Shown: piece after piece, positions 10,877-21,348 of the stretch
How the letters are laid out: every line of letters begins with the position of its first letter
Position numbering within the stretch: the stretch's first letter is position 1
Source: Dudresnaya verticillata
Taxonomy: Eukaryota
NCBI GenBank assembly: GCA_977862235.1
Contig: OZ374559.1
Location: 186,001-250,000 of the forward strand
Direction: 5' to 3'
Length of the DNA: 64,000 bases
Translations under genes and position numbers: made by a program
The notes under the pieces: model-generated
The model's database searches: none
The model's input: the letters and a program-made list of their open reading frames with translations, nothing else
Told to the model about the DNA's origin: nothing

Positions 10877-13800
10877 CTAACTTGGTTTGCGCTTCTTGGT
10901 CGTTCTGTGCACGGGACTCAAATCCTCGCGTTTGCGCTTCTGACCAACACAGTTTTGGTCATCTAAGACATCCAGAAATGCCTTCAGACTATCTAGGAGT
11001 CGGGCTTGCACGCCCGCATTCCAACGCTTCACACTCAATCCAGACTCAATTCGGGCTTTGTGCAACCTGTAGACCTCGGGACCAAGTCGAGTCTTGAGGA
11101 CATCCGGTTTTCCGGGAAATGACCCACAATACCATCGAATCCCGGCATCTCGCAGCTTACGATCCCTAATGTGTAGAATCGGAACGAATCCAGAGTCGGG
11201 AACTGGAATGCGCCGCCGACGTTGGCGACACAGGCCCTCCCACGAATCACGGAGATCCTGGTTCCTCATGTCCAGAGGACTCTTATTCTGCGCCCGGAAA
11301 CTTCGGAATTCTAACATATCTGTCATGGCGAGCACGTCGCCACGGTTGCGGTGAGCTCGTTTTGTGAGGCGTTTACCAAGACTGCGAAGGCGCAGACGGA
11401 TACGCTGCAACCAGTCCGGCAGCTTGGCCATCTTCAAATGACGTGGTAGGCGCCCGCGGATGCGGCCACTGCGAGGCCACATAGGCTCTTTGGCAATGCA
11501 CCCAAGTGCAAATTCTGCCACTTTGTAGTCCAGCAACTCGAGTTGATGACTCAAATCGCACTTGCCGGCCGTGTCGATCGGCATCAAATGGGTGCTAAAG
11601 TCCGCAACTGGGTAGATATACGTGCGGCAGATGTCCACAAGTCGTGCGCTAGGCACATATTTGCGGTGTACGCCGACCGCCTTGAGTAAGTTTAGGCGTT
11701 GATGAGCCGCCTTAACTCGTTCCAAATTCTTGTCAGGTGCCAGTTTGGTACCTTTCAGAGTCACTCCCAGGTACTTTGCAGTGTCTACCACGTCAATTTT
11801 CTGACCATTCAGGTAGTACATTGCTCGTTTGGTGCAGTTTTCGGGCTCCAAAACATGGCATTTTGAAGTTCCCCACTGCATACCTTCAAGATCAGCCCAT
11901 TTCGTGGACGCATCTAAGGCCGTTTGGAGGCCGGTACTAGTCTTGGATCGGAGCTTGACGTCGTCAGCAAAGATCGTAATGTCGATTTCTTCAGCACTTT
12001 CGGAGGCCGACATTGACAAATCCATGAACTCAGGATACGAGTCCATGTTGACATTGTACAAAGTCGGACTCGAAGACACGCCTTGAGGCACACCCCGCGA
12101 CACAATTGCAGTGGTGCCGGTGATATCGCCCTTGGTAACTACTGTTGCTGGTTGTAACTCCAGAGCGACCATTGCCGCCGTGGTAGGTGACATCTTCTGA
12201 TTCACTTTCGACATCAACCGCTCGCGGGGTACTGTATCGTATGCCGACTTCAAGTCGAGCACGGCCGTGTACCGGAATCCAGCTTTTGTGCTGGCTGCAT
12301 GCCTTAAGATGGCGGTTTCGGTACCAGTTTTCTCACGGAACCCCAACTGAGTCGGATGAAACTGGTACTCCTTACGAATCATAGACGCGATTGCCTTTGA
12401 AAGCATTTGTCGTCCGTGCGACACTAGCGCAATCGGTCGATAGCTGGTTGGGTCCGATTTGGGACCCCGTTTGTAAATTGGCACCAGCAGGGATGTTTGC
12501 CAATCTTGCAATAGGTACCCGAGCTGACTGCATTTCACCCAAAAGAGTCCCAAGACATGCGCAAAGGACTTTGGGGCGACCTTGAATGCTTCGCTGAAGA
12601 CTTCATCCGTGCCTGTGGCCTTCTTCGGTTTGGCCTTGACTATAGCACGGAAAACGTGAGATTCGAAGTTTCGGGAAGTTTCGAAGGGCACAATGGGCGG
12701 AATATGTCCTTTTCCAGCCCCTGTCGCGAGGTGTTTTGTAAAGTTGGCCAGGTCCAACTTCCCAATTGGTTGGTCTCTCCGAGAACCAAGTGGGCCGGAT
12801 GCGTTTCGGAGCACGGCCTTAACCATTTTGGGACCATCAGTAGGGTCGGAGGACAGGAGAGCTTCTGTCAAACGCAACTTGGATCGCCGTTTATTGCGAT
12901 GCACAAGTGCGCGAACCCGTCGATTGAGGGTCTTGTACTGTTCCCAAGCCTCCGACGTCATGAGTTGAGTGGCTTGTTTGTACTTCTTCGACCGCAATTT
13001 CTTCAGATGATCGAGGTGCCCGTCCCAAAAGTACTTGTAACGATGGGGACGATGTTTGCGAGCAGACTCCCAAGGTTGCAAAGTCAGGGCTTTCAGCCGC
13101 GAATACGCGTCCTCCAATTCTTGCGATGTTGTGCACGACGTGATTTCACGGGCAGTGTTCGGAATCTCTTGACGATAGAGATCGGCTGCCTGACGAAGAA
13201 AGGTCGGCTGGCGACGTTGACTTTGGGGTATGCGGGGTATGCCAAGTTTGTAAACGGGGGTGTCCACAATGTTTGCTCGAACTGCAGAATGATCACTGGC
13301 GCCATCCCACAGACCGGAATGAATTTTGGCATCCGGGATGTCAACACCCTTAGTAAGGAAGAGGTCAACAGTACTGGTGCCTTGATGAGCTGCAAACGTT
13401 GGTGAGGGCGGGGCGTGGACGCACCAACGATGCGCGGTCGTCCATTCAACCAACCATTTACCATGTTGGTTCGAAGTAGTGTCCCAACGTGTGTGACGGG
13501 CATTGAAGTCGCCCATGATGACTGTCTTACCGCGAGTGGAGGACTGTACGCGGTCCAGACAATCAAAGAAGGTGGTCTTCTGTAGATGGGGGCGGAGGTA
13601 TATCATGGCGATATGGGTTCCCCCAACCCGGATTGCTAAAACTTGATAGTCGATTTGAGAATGGCGGAGAATCACAGAGTAGTTCACAAGGGGGGCAACC
13701 TTCAGAGCCACCCCACCTTGTCCGCGCCACCCACCATGATCTTGAACGACGGAGACGGACTCGTCGAATTGCCGTGAAGCTCGGAGATCCTGAGGACGAA

Positions 13801-13939
13801 TCCAGGTTTCACAGAGACCAAGGATGTGGACGGTGGATGCCAAGGCCTCGACTTCGGCTTCTTTCCCTTGAACGCCATGGACGTTAAACGTTGCCAGAGA
13901 CAACTTTTCAGATTCTAAGGGTGCAGATCGGCAACTCAA
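10877..13939 (-). CDS. LINE ORF2: apurinic-like endonuclease + reverse transcriptase (1020 aa, non-AUG start)
   Basis: APE motifs TFNVHG, LCETW, MGDFNARH, TVDLFL, SDHSAV. RT motifs KATGTD, LVPIYK, YRPIAL, QLGFR, LDLKSAYDTV, GVPQG..SSPTLYN, FADD, KYLGV. Confidence 0.96.
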   Translation of the reverse strand: MSCRSAPLESEKLSLATFNVHGVQGKEAEVEALASTVHILGLCETWIRPQDLRASRQFDESVSVVQDHGGWRGQGGVALKVAPLVNYSVILRHSQIDYQVLAIRVGGTHIAMIYLRPHLQKTTFFDCLDRVQSSTRGKTVIMGDFNARHTRWDTTSNQHGKWLVEWTTAHRWCVHAPPSPTFAAHQGTSTVDLFLTKGVDIPDAKIHSGLWDGASDHSAVRANIVDTPVYKLGIPRIPQSQRRQPTFLRQAADLYRQEIPNTAREITSCTTSQELEDAYSRLKALTLQPWESARKHRPHRYKYFWDGHLDHLKKLRSKKYKQATQLMTSEAWEQYKTLNRRVRALVHRNKRRSKLRLTEALLSSDPTDGPKMVKAVLRNASGPLGSRRDQPIGKLDLANFTKHLATGAGKGHIPPIVPFETSRNFESHVFRAIVKAKPKKATGTDEVFSEAFKVAPKSFAHVLGLFWVKCSQLGYLLQDWQTSLLVPIYKRGPKSDPTSYRPIALVSHGRQMLSKAIASMIRKEYQFHPTQLGFREKTGTETAILRHAASTKAGFRYTAVLDLKSAYDTVPRERLMSKVNQKMSPTTAAMVALELQPATVVTKGDITGTTAIVSRGVPQGVSSSPTLYNVNMDSYPEFMDLSMSASESAEEIDITIFADDVKLRSKTSTGLQTALDASTKWADLEGMQWGTSKCHVLEPENCTKRAMYYLNGQKIDVVDTAKYLGVTLKGTKLAPDKNLERVKAAHQRLNLLKAVGVHRKYVPSARLVDICRTYIYPVADFSTHLMPIDTAGKCDLSHQLELLDYKVAEFALGCIAKEPMWPRSGRIRGRLPRHLKMAKLPDWLQRIRLRLRSLGKRLTKRAHRNRGDVLAMTDMLEFRSFRAQNKSPLDMRNQDLRDSWEGLCRQRRRRIPVPDSGFVPILHIRDRKLRDAGIRWYCGSFPGKPDVLKTRLGPEVYRLHKARIESGLSVKRWNAGVQARLLDSLKAFLDVLDDQNCVGQKRKREDLSPVHRTTKKRKPS

Positions 13940-15033
13940 TTCGAACTTGGCGCCTCGTGCGCCGGGTGCGGGTCGGTTTGGGGGGTGTCGGGGGTGGTCG
14001 TGTCGACGGCCATGGGGTCGGCGGACAAGTCAGGCGAGTCAGCAGTGCCGTCAACAAGATCCGCAGAATCATATCCGCTGTCCTCGGAGTCCGAGGACTC
14101 CACATCATGGGCAACGTTGTACACTTCGGCAATGCGTTGCTCAGCTTTCTGAAGATTTTGAGTGTACCAAGCCTTGGCAGCTGGGTTGACACACGTGTCC
14201 ACCAGCCGTTGGAGGCGGGATTGCGCTTTCTCCAGATTGGAAACTGCACGATCCTGCTTGGTGCGATCGTTCGACTTCTTCAGGTTGTCGCCGAAAAGGT
14301 CGAAATTCTTGATGTGAATTGTGCCTATGATGCGCAGCTTGGCGACAATTTGGTCCACCAAACCTTCATGGCAAACGATTTCAATGACAGACTGTCCGAT
14401 GAAGGAAAGACCGAGGATGGACCATGGGTGAGGAAGCATGTACCTCAAGGCTGTGCGGACTTTGCCAAGGCGGGCCCGCTTGATATTTCGGAAGTAAACG
14501 GCCGTCGGCTTCGGCTGCGGAGTCGATATTTCGAGCAACTCTAAGCACTTGCGGACACCCTCCTGCGAGTTCTCGGAGACGTCAGAGAGACGAGGGCGGG
14601 GCGCGGCAGCGATTTGTGCCCAACTCTTTTTCGGGGAGGCAGCCTTGTTGGACTGAGGACGAGGCGGCACAGGTGCGGCGGCCGCTGGCTTCGGAGCTTT
14701 GATCTTGTACTGAAAAGCGCCGGTTTTGCGTACCGCTGGTGGGGCCTCAGAAGCAACGGGCTCAGGTCGAATTGGCGCTGCAGCGGGTGCGTCATCCGAG
14801 TGGGGGACTTTCGCGGCCTCGAGCTCCTGGATGCGGTCATTGGCTCGAGTTAACTGACCAACCAGAACTGCTTGCGTCTTGCTTAGCTCGGCTTGATTCG
14901 CACTGAGAGTCTCAAGCATGTGCATCATGCGGTCCCAGTCCTTCTTCGAAACGGTCACTGTAGGATCGTGATCCGTCATTGGGCTGTCCGCAGCAATAGG
15001 GGAGGGAATGGGAGGATTCATCGGGGGATTCAT
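13936..15033 (-). CDS. LINE ORF1 (365 aa): coiled coil, Pro/Ala linker, globular domain, acidic tail
   Basis: ATG-initiated ORF immediately upstream of ORF2 and overlapping it by 4 nt; identical in all five copies. Confidence 0.9.
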   Translation of the reverse strand: MNPPMNPPIPSPIAADSPMTDHDPTVTVSKKDWDRMMHMLETLSANQAELSKTQAVLVGQLTRANDRIQELEAAKVPHSDDAPAAAPIRPEPVASEAPPAVRKTGAFQYKIKAPKPAAAAPVPPRPQSNKAASPKKSWAQIAAAPRPRLSDVSENSQEGVRKCLELLEISTPQPKPTAVYFRNIKRARLGKVRTALRYMLPHPWSILGLSFIGQSVIEIVCHEGLVDQIVAKLRIIGTIHIKNFDLFGDNLKKSNDRTKQDRAVSNLEKAQSRLQRLVDTCVNPAAKAWYTQNLQKAEQRIAEVYNVAHDVESSDSEDSGYDSADLVDGTADSPDLSADPMAVDTTTPDTPQTDPHPAHEAPSSN

Positions 15034-17075
15034 GTTGTTTTTGGATTTTTTGGCGATTTTCTGTTGTTTTTGGGATTTTCAGGAAACTTTTTGAAGTTTG
15101 TAGAATGTTCTGGAACGTTTTGGTGAAATACGTGGAAGACGTGTACACGTCAGAAACGTGTCAGTAAGCTCGGAAATGAGCTCAGGAGGTGGCCCTGAGG
15201 GTGAAACGTGTACACGATGTACACGTGTTGAAATCGGGTTGGTCGCCTCCACGGAAGCAGATTGGGATAAGATCCAATTCGAATTGGATCAGACAGGCTG
15301 GCTCCACCGTCGTCGCCTACACGTGGCAAATTCAGCGAGTGGAGCCGTGACAAGCGCCAGTAACCGCTACTTAGGGCCTGTCGGGGACGAACTTCTTCCT
15401 CTTCTAACTCCGGAACCCGTCGTCCAATGCGAACGATCAGGCACTCCACGGAGACCTTGGGGCCTTCTCTTCTCAGATCCGGCGCCTCCGACGGGTTTGG
15501 GCTCAGGATCTCTTGACCTTGGCGCCCCAAGCAACTCCTTCAAGATTCCGTAAAAACAGCTGTAACACTGTTTTTACGTTAGAAGGCGAGGGGATCCGTG
15601 TGTGACACAGGCCGAGAAGCGGTCACACACAGCTTTCTTGTCGCGTGGCCCCCAAGGACACTGGCGGGAGGGCCACAGGCACTCTTCTTTAACCGATACA
15701 CCCGAAACCGGATGTACCGTTGTTCTAGTGCTGGCCTGCGCCCCGAGGTTCCGTTGGGTTGATGCGCGCTCAGACCCACGCAGCGCGTCGCAACGACGAT
15801 CACCGGCTCAGTCCCTGCTGCCCGTTGGGGGACTGAGAAAGGGTGTGCACTCGTCCAAAGCCGCCAGGCAATGGACCAAGCCCGCCGCAAGCCGTTTCGC
15901 CCTTTGCAGGGGTACGCCGAGTACGAACGAGCCGCCTTTCGACTTGTGCAAGTTCACTTAGGTCGCTTTGGTACCAGGGGTCCTTCCCGCAGCGCCTTCT
16001 CTCAAATTCGTTCTGTTGATATATCCGCCGAATAGCATATTTTTCAGAAGGCACCAGACGCAAATCTCGTTACTCGAGTACAGCTGTTCTGAACCCTCGC
16101 CAACCTTGATTGATTTATCGAGTTTCGTTATTGCGTAATATCTCTATTGTCGCAACGAGATATGATGTTGTATTTTATTGAATATTTAACGTGCGCAGTT
16201 GCGCGGGCGACTAAGGCCCATTTGCAGGCACACGCCGTACCAACCAGATAAGGAGATGTGCGATGAGGCGGAGCGTTTTCGATTGACCGAGTGCTTCTTG
16301 GATCCAGATTGCGGAAATCGCGATTCTATGTCAGAGGGAGTCGCGACTGCGCCGCCGCTTGGCGCTTCGCGGCGTTTCGTTTTGACCTTTTTGGCGATCT
16401 TTAGTCCAAAATGAACAAATTATGGTCCCGGTTGAGCTCTCGGATGAGCTCTCGGTTGAGCACTCTTTATCATTAGCCGAACATGCTTCTTATTGCGAAC
16501 GGTCAACAATTTCTGTTCAAGTTGGCCATGCATATGCTGAAGTCCGCAACTCAAATTGCTTCTGTGCTATGCGCCAAGGATTTGACATCGTGCCATCATT
16601 TTCGAGTCACGATAACAACTCGGGGCATATTGCGATAGAGTAGCGTGACAGCAGTTAATTTTGACAATCTTCCCAAACTTCGACCCGAACGGATGTTAAA
16701 GCATGGCCGTCTCGATTGATCACGCTTGTATTTGGCACCTTTCTACAACCTTTGTCGATCCCCTTCCGAAAGCAGCGGAATGTGTTGTATTGCTATATTG
16801 TCTTCACGACTCTACAAAGAGCAGTGGCAGGCACAGAGAGCAGTGATAGGTTTATTTAATGAATGACGGCTAAATCTAACGCGTGATTCTCGTGATACGG
16901 GACGGTAGGTTACTCCTCTAGGATCGAATTCTACGAGGAGATTTGAAGGGGATACCCGTATGGATACCACCGTATCCATACGGCGGTCTGATCTCTGCCT
17001 GAACATCAGGCTTCAGAAGCATTGGCAAGGAAAGTATCTCCTTCGAAATGTTGCCTATATCCATTTGCAAGCCGC

Positions 17076-17347
17076 TTACCTGTGGTTCGGGCACTCAATT
17101 TTCCCGATCTGGCGGACTTCCTTCTCACAGTTTTGAGTCGAAAAAAGAGTCGTGTTCGGTGGACACGGTGCACGGCATACGCAACATCCAACGTTCGAGA
17201 ATCCATCTCTGCAGGTCGGGTACCACATTGCTCCGTACTTTTCGCAAGTACGACTCGTGCGCCGCTCACATTTCTTCTTCTGCCACCACGCGTAGCCTCC
17301 ACCACGGCCATACATCCTTTTACATGCACTCCCGGCATTGATAGTCT
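17076..17347 (-). pseudogene. 3' half of a secreted Cys-rich protein gene interrupted by the LINE array
   Basis: Encodes (Q)TINAGSACKRMYGRGGG...CEKYGAMWYPTCRDGFSNVGCCVCRAPCP...CPNHR*. Joins in frame with 34548-34767 across the GATACC TSD. Confidence 0.85.
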
Positions 17348-17366
17348 GATACCGGAGAAAAGCCCG

Positions 17367-18349
17367 ACACAACGAATTTGAGAGAAGGCGCTGCGGGAAG
17401 GACCCCTGGTACCAAAGCGACCTAAGTGAACTTGCACAAGTCGAAAGGCGGCTCGTTCGTACTCGGAGTACCCCTGCAAAGGGCGAAACGGCTTGCGGCG
17501 GGCTTGGTCCATTGCCTGGCGGCTTTGGACGAGTGCACACCCTTTCTCAGTCCCCCAACGGGCAGCAGGGACTGAGCCGGTGATCGTCGTTGCGACGCGC
17601 CGCGTGGGTCTGAGCGCGCATCAACCCAACGGAACCTCGGGGCGCAGGCCAGCACTAGAACAACGGTACATCCGGTTTCGGGTGTATCGGTTAAAGAAGA
17701 GTGCCTGTGGCCCTCCCGCCAGTGTCCTTGGGGGCCACGCGACAAGAAAGCTGTGTGTGACCGCTTCTCGGCCTGTGTCACACACGGATCCCCTCGCCTT
17801 CTAACGTAAAAACAGTGTTACAGCTGCTTTTACGGAATCTTGAAGGAGTTGCTTGGGGCGCCAAGGTCAAGAGATCCTGAGCCCAAACCCGTCGGAGGCG
17901 CCGGATCTGAGAAGAGAAGGCCCCAAGGTCTCCGTGGAGTGCCTGATCGTTCGCATTGGACGACGGGTTCCGGAGTTAGAAGAGGAAGAAGTTCGTCCCC
18001 GACAGGCCCTAAGTAGCGGTTACTGGCGCTTGTCACGGCTCCACTCGCTGAATTTGCCACGTGTAGGCGACGACGGTGGAGCCAGCCTGTCTGATCCAAT
18101 TCGAATTGGATCTTATCCCAATCTGCTTCCGTGGAGGCGACCAACCCGATTTCAACACGTGTACATCGTGTACACGTTTCACCCTCAGGGCCACCTCCTG
18201 AGCTCATTTCCGAGCTTACTGACACGTTTCTGACGTGTACACGTCTTCCACGTATTTCACCAAAACGTTCCAGAACATTCTACAAACTTCAAAAAGTTTC
18301 CTGAAAATCCCAAAAACAACAGAAAATCGCCAAAAAATCCAAAAACAAC
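17367..18349 (+). promoter_or_regulatory. LINE 5' UTR (~980 nt) with dense predicted RNA secondary structure and an A/C-rich leader before the ORF1 AUG (same in every copy)
   Basis: More than ten stems visible by eye, several with G-U pairs on the sense strand. The last ~90 nt are G-poor and CAAAA-rich. Function is inferred, not shown. Confidence 0.65.
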
Positions 18350-19447
18350 ATGAATCCCCCGATGAATCCTCCCATTCCCTCCCCTATTGCTGCGGACAGC
18401 CCAATGACGGATCACGATCCTACAGTGACCGTTTCGAAGAAGGACTGGGACCGCATGATGCACATGCTTGAGACTCTCAGTGCGAATCAAGCCGAGCTAA
18501 GCAAGACGCAAGCAGTTCTGGTTGGTCAGTTAACTCGAGCCAATGACCGCATCCAGGAGCTCGAGGCCGCGAAAGTCCCCCACTCGGATGACGCACCCGC
18601 TGCAGCGCCAATTCGACCTGAGCCCGTTGCTTCTGAGGCCCCACCAGCGGTACGCAAAACCGGCGCTTTTCAGTACAAGATCAAAGCTCCGAAGCCAGCG
18701 GCCGCCGCACCTGTGCCGCCTCGTCCTCAGTCCAACAAGGCTGCCTCCCCGAAAAAGAGTTGGGCACAAATCGCTGCCGCGCCCCGCCCTCGTCTCTCTG
18801 ACGTCTCCGAGAACTCGCAGGAGGGTGTCCGCAAGTGCTTAGAGTTGCTCGAAATATCGACTCCGCAGCCGAAGCCGACGGCCGTTTACTTCCGAAATAT
18901 CAAGCGGGCCCGCCTTGGCAAAGTCCGCACAGCCTTGAGGTACATGCTTCCTCACCCATGGTCCATCCTCGGTCTTTCCTTCATCGGACAGTCTGTCATT
19001 GAAATCGTTTGCCATGAAGGTTTGGTGGACCAAATTGTCGCCAAGCTGCGCATCATAGGCACAATTCACATCAAGAATTTCGACCTTTTCGGCGACAACC
19101 TGAAGAAGTCGAACGATCGCACCAAGCAGGATCGTGCAGTTTCCAATCTGGAGAAAGCGCAATCCCGCCTCCAACGGCTGGTGGACACGTGTGTCAACCC
19201 AGCTGCCAAGGCTTGGTACACTCAAAATCTTCAGAAAGCTGAGCAACGCATTGCCGAAGTGTACAACGTTGCCCATGATGTGGAGTCCTCGGACTCCGAG
19301 GACAGCGGATATGATTCTGCGGATCTTGTTGACGGCACTGCTGACTCGCCTGACTTGTCCGCCGACCCCATGGCCGTCGACACGACCACCCCCGACACCC
19401 CCCAAACCGACCCGCACCCGGCGCACGAGGCGCCAAGTTCGAATTGA
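18350..19447 (+). CDS. LINE ORF1, array unit 1
   Basis: Identical 365-aa ORF1. Confidence 0.9.
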   Translation: MNPPMNPPIPSPIAADSPMTDHDPTVTVSKKDWDRMMHMLETLSANQAELSKTQAVLVGQLTRANDRIQELEAAKVPHSDDAPAAAPIRPEPVASEAPPAVRKTGAFQYKIKAPKPAAAAPVPPRPQSNKAASPKKSWAQIAAAPRPRLSDVSENSQEGVRKCLELLEISTPQPKPTAVYFRNIKRARLGKVRTALRYMLPHPWSILGLSFIGQSVIEIVCHEGLVDQIVAKLRIIGTIHIKNFDLFGDNLKKSNDRTKQDRAVSNLEKAQSRLQRLVDTCVNPAAKAWYTQNLQKAEQRIAEVYNVAHDVESSDSEDSGYDSADLVDGTADSPDLSADPMAVDTTTPDTPQTDPHPAHEAPSSN

Positions 19448-21348
19448 GTTGCCGATCTGCACCCTTAGAATCTGAAAAGTTGTCTCTGGCAACGTTTAAC
19501 GTCCATGGCGTTCAAGGGAAAGAAGCCGAAGTCGAGGCCTTGGCATCCACCGTCCACATCCTTGGTCTCTGTGAAACCTGGATTCGTCCTCAGGATCTCC
19601 GAGCTTCACGGCAATTCGACGAGTCCGTCTCCGTCGTTCAAGATCATGGTGGGTGGCGCGGACAAGGTGGGGTGGCTCTGAAGGTTGCCCCCCTTGTGAA
19701 CTACTCTGTGATTCTCCGCCATTCTCAAATCGACTATCAAGTTTTAGCAATCCGGGTTGGGGGAACCCATATCGCCATGATATACCTCCGCCCCCATCTA
19801 CAGAAGACCACCTTCTTTGATTGTCTGGACCGCGTACAGTCCTCCACTCGCGGTAAGACAGTCATCATGGGCGACTTCAATGCCCGTCACACACGTTGGG
19901 ACACTACTTCGAACCAACATGGTAAATGGTTGGTTGAATGGACGACCGCGCATCGTTGGTGCGTCCACGCCCCGCCCTCACCAACGTTTGCAGCTCATCA
20001 AGGCACCAGTACTGTTGACCTCTTCCTTACTAAGGGTGTTGACATCCCGGATGCCAAAATTCATTCCGGTCTGTGGGATGGCGCCAGTGATCATTCTGCA
20101 GTTCGAGCAAACATTGTGGACACCCCCGTTTACAAACTTGGCATACCCCGCATACCCCAAAGTCAACGTCGCCAGCCGACCTTTCTTCGTCAGGCAGCCG
20201 ATCTCTATCGTCAAGAGATTCCGAACACTGCCCGTGAAATCACGTCGTGCACAACATCGCAAGAATTGGAGGACGCGTATTCGCGGCTGAAAGCCCTGAC
20301 TTTGCAACCTTGGGAGTCTGCTCGCAAACATCGTCCCCATCGTTACAAGTACTTTTGGGACGGGCACCTCGATCATCTGAAGAAATTGCGGTCGAAGAAG
20401 TACAAACAAGCCACTCAACTCATGACGTCGGAGGCTTGGGAACAGTACAAGACCCTCAATCGACGGGTTCGCGCACTTGTGCATCGCAATAAACGGCGAT
20501 CCAAGTTGCGTTTGACAGAAGCTCTCCTGTCCTCCGACCCTACTGATGGTCCCAAAATGGTTAAGGCCGTGCTCCGAAACGCATCCGGCCCACTTGGTTC
20601 TCGGAGAGACCAACCAATTGGGAAGTTGGACCTGGCCAACTTTACAAAACACCTCGCGACAGGGGCTGGAAAAGGACATATTCCGCCCATTGTGCCCTTC
20701 GAAACTTCCCGAAACTTCGAATCTCACGTTTTCCGTGCTATAGTCAAGGCCAAACCGAAGAAGGCCACAGGCACGGATGAAGTCTTCAGCGAAGCATTCA
20801 AGGTCGCCCCAAAGTCCTTTGCGCATGTCTTGGGACTCTTTTGGGTGAAATGCAGTCAGCTCGGGTACCTATTGCAAGATTGGCAAACATCCCTGCTGGT
20901 GCCAATTTACAAACGGGGTCCCAAATCGGACCCAACCAGCTATCGACCGATTGCGCTAGTGTCGCACGGACGACAAATGCTTTCAAAGGCAATCGCGTCT
21001 ATGATTCGTAAGGAGTACCAGTTTCATCCGACTCAGTTGGGGTTCCGTGAGAAAACTGGTACCGAAACCGCCATCTTAAGGCATGCAGCCAGCACAAAAG
21101 CTGGATTCCGGTACACGGCCGTGCTCGACTTGAAGTCGGCATACGATACAGTACCCCGCGAGCGGTTGATGTCGAAAGTGAATCAGAAGATGTCACCTAC
21201 CACGGCGGCAATGGTCGCTCTGGAGTTACAACCAGCAACAGTAGTTACCAAGGGCGATATCACCGGCACCACTGCAATTGTGTCGCGGGGTGTGCCTCAA
21301 GGCGTGTCTTCGAGTCCGACTTTGTACAATGTCACACAACGAATTTGA
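19444..21348 (+). pseudogene. LINE ORF2, 3'-truncated (634 aa): APE intact, RT cut before FADD; unit 1
   Basis: Identical to full ORF2 up to SPTLYNV, then reads TQRI* from the next unit's 5' end. Confidence 0.92.

Larger units (their letters stand above)
10737..16016 (-). mobile_element. Full-length, intact APE-RT non-LTR retrotransposon (LINE), 5,280 bp, solo copy
   Basis: Intact ORF1 and ORF2. TSD GATATATC at 10729-10736 and 16018-16025, with one extra base at 16017. Near-identical reverse complement of 29268-34547. Confidence 0.96.
8114..16145 (+). mobile_element. PIF/Harbinger-superfamily DNA transposon (~2.7 kb once the nested LINE is removed)
   Basis: Imperfect TIRs AGAGAAATTACGCTACAACCAAAAC (from 8114) and GTTTCGTTATTGCGTAATATCTCT (to 16145). 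Flanked by ACT / ATT (3-bp TSD, one mismatch). Convergent transposase and second ORF inside. Confidence 0.75.

Noticed and set aside
17367..17810. Known RNA family (HDV or hammerhead ribozyme, RNase P/MRP, tRNA) in the LINE 5' UTR
   Set aside because: I found no CUGANGA/GAAA core, no convincing HDV nested pseudoknot, and no matched RNase P/MRP conserved regions by eye. Left as an unassigned structured RNA.
17422..18490. Short ORFs (78-131 aa) in the LINE 5' UTR and antisense ORFs within ORF1/ORF2
   Set aside because: Mostly non-ATG starts with no recognisable domains. Their recurrence only reflects identical element copies.
19399..19407. CCCAAAC as a -1 frameshift slippery site
   Set aside because: In the ORF1 frame it reads CCC CAA ACC, out of register for X XXY YYZ.
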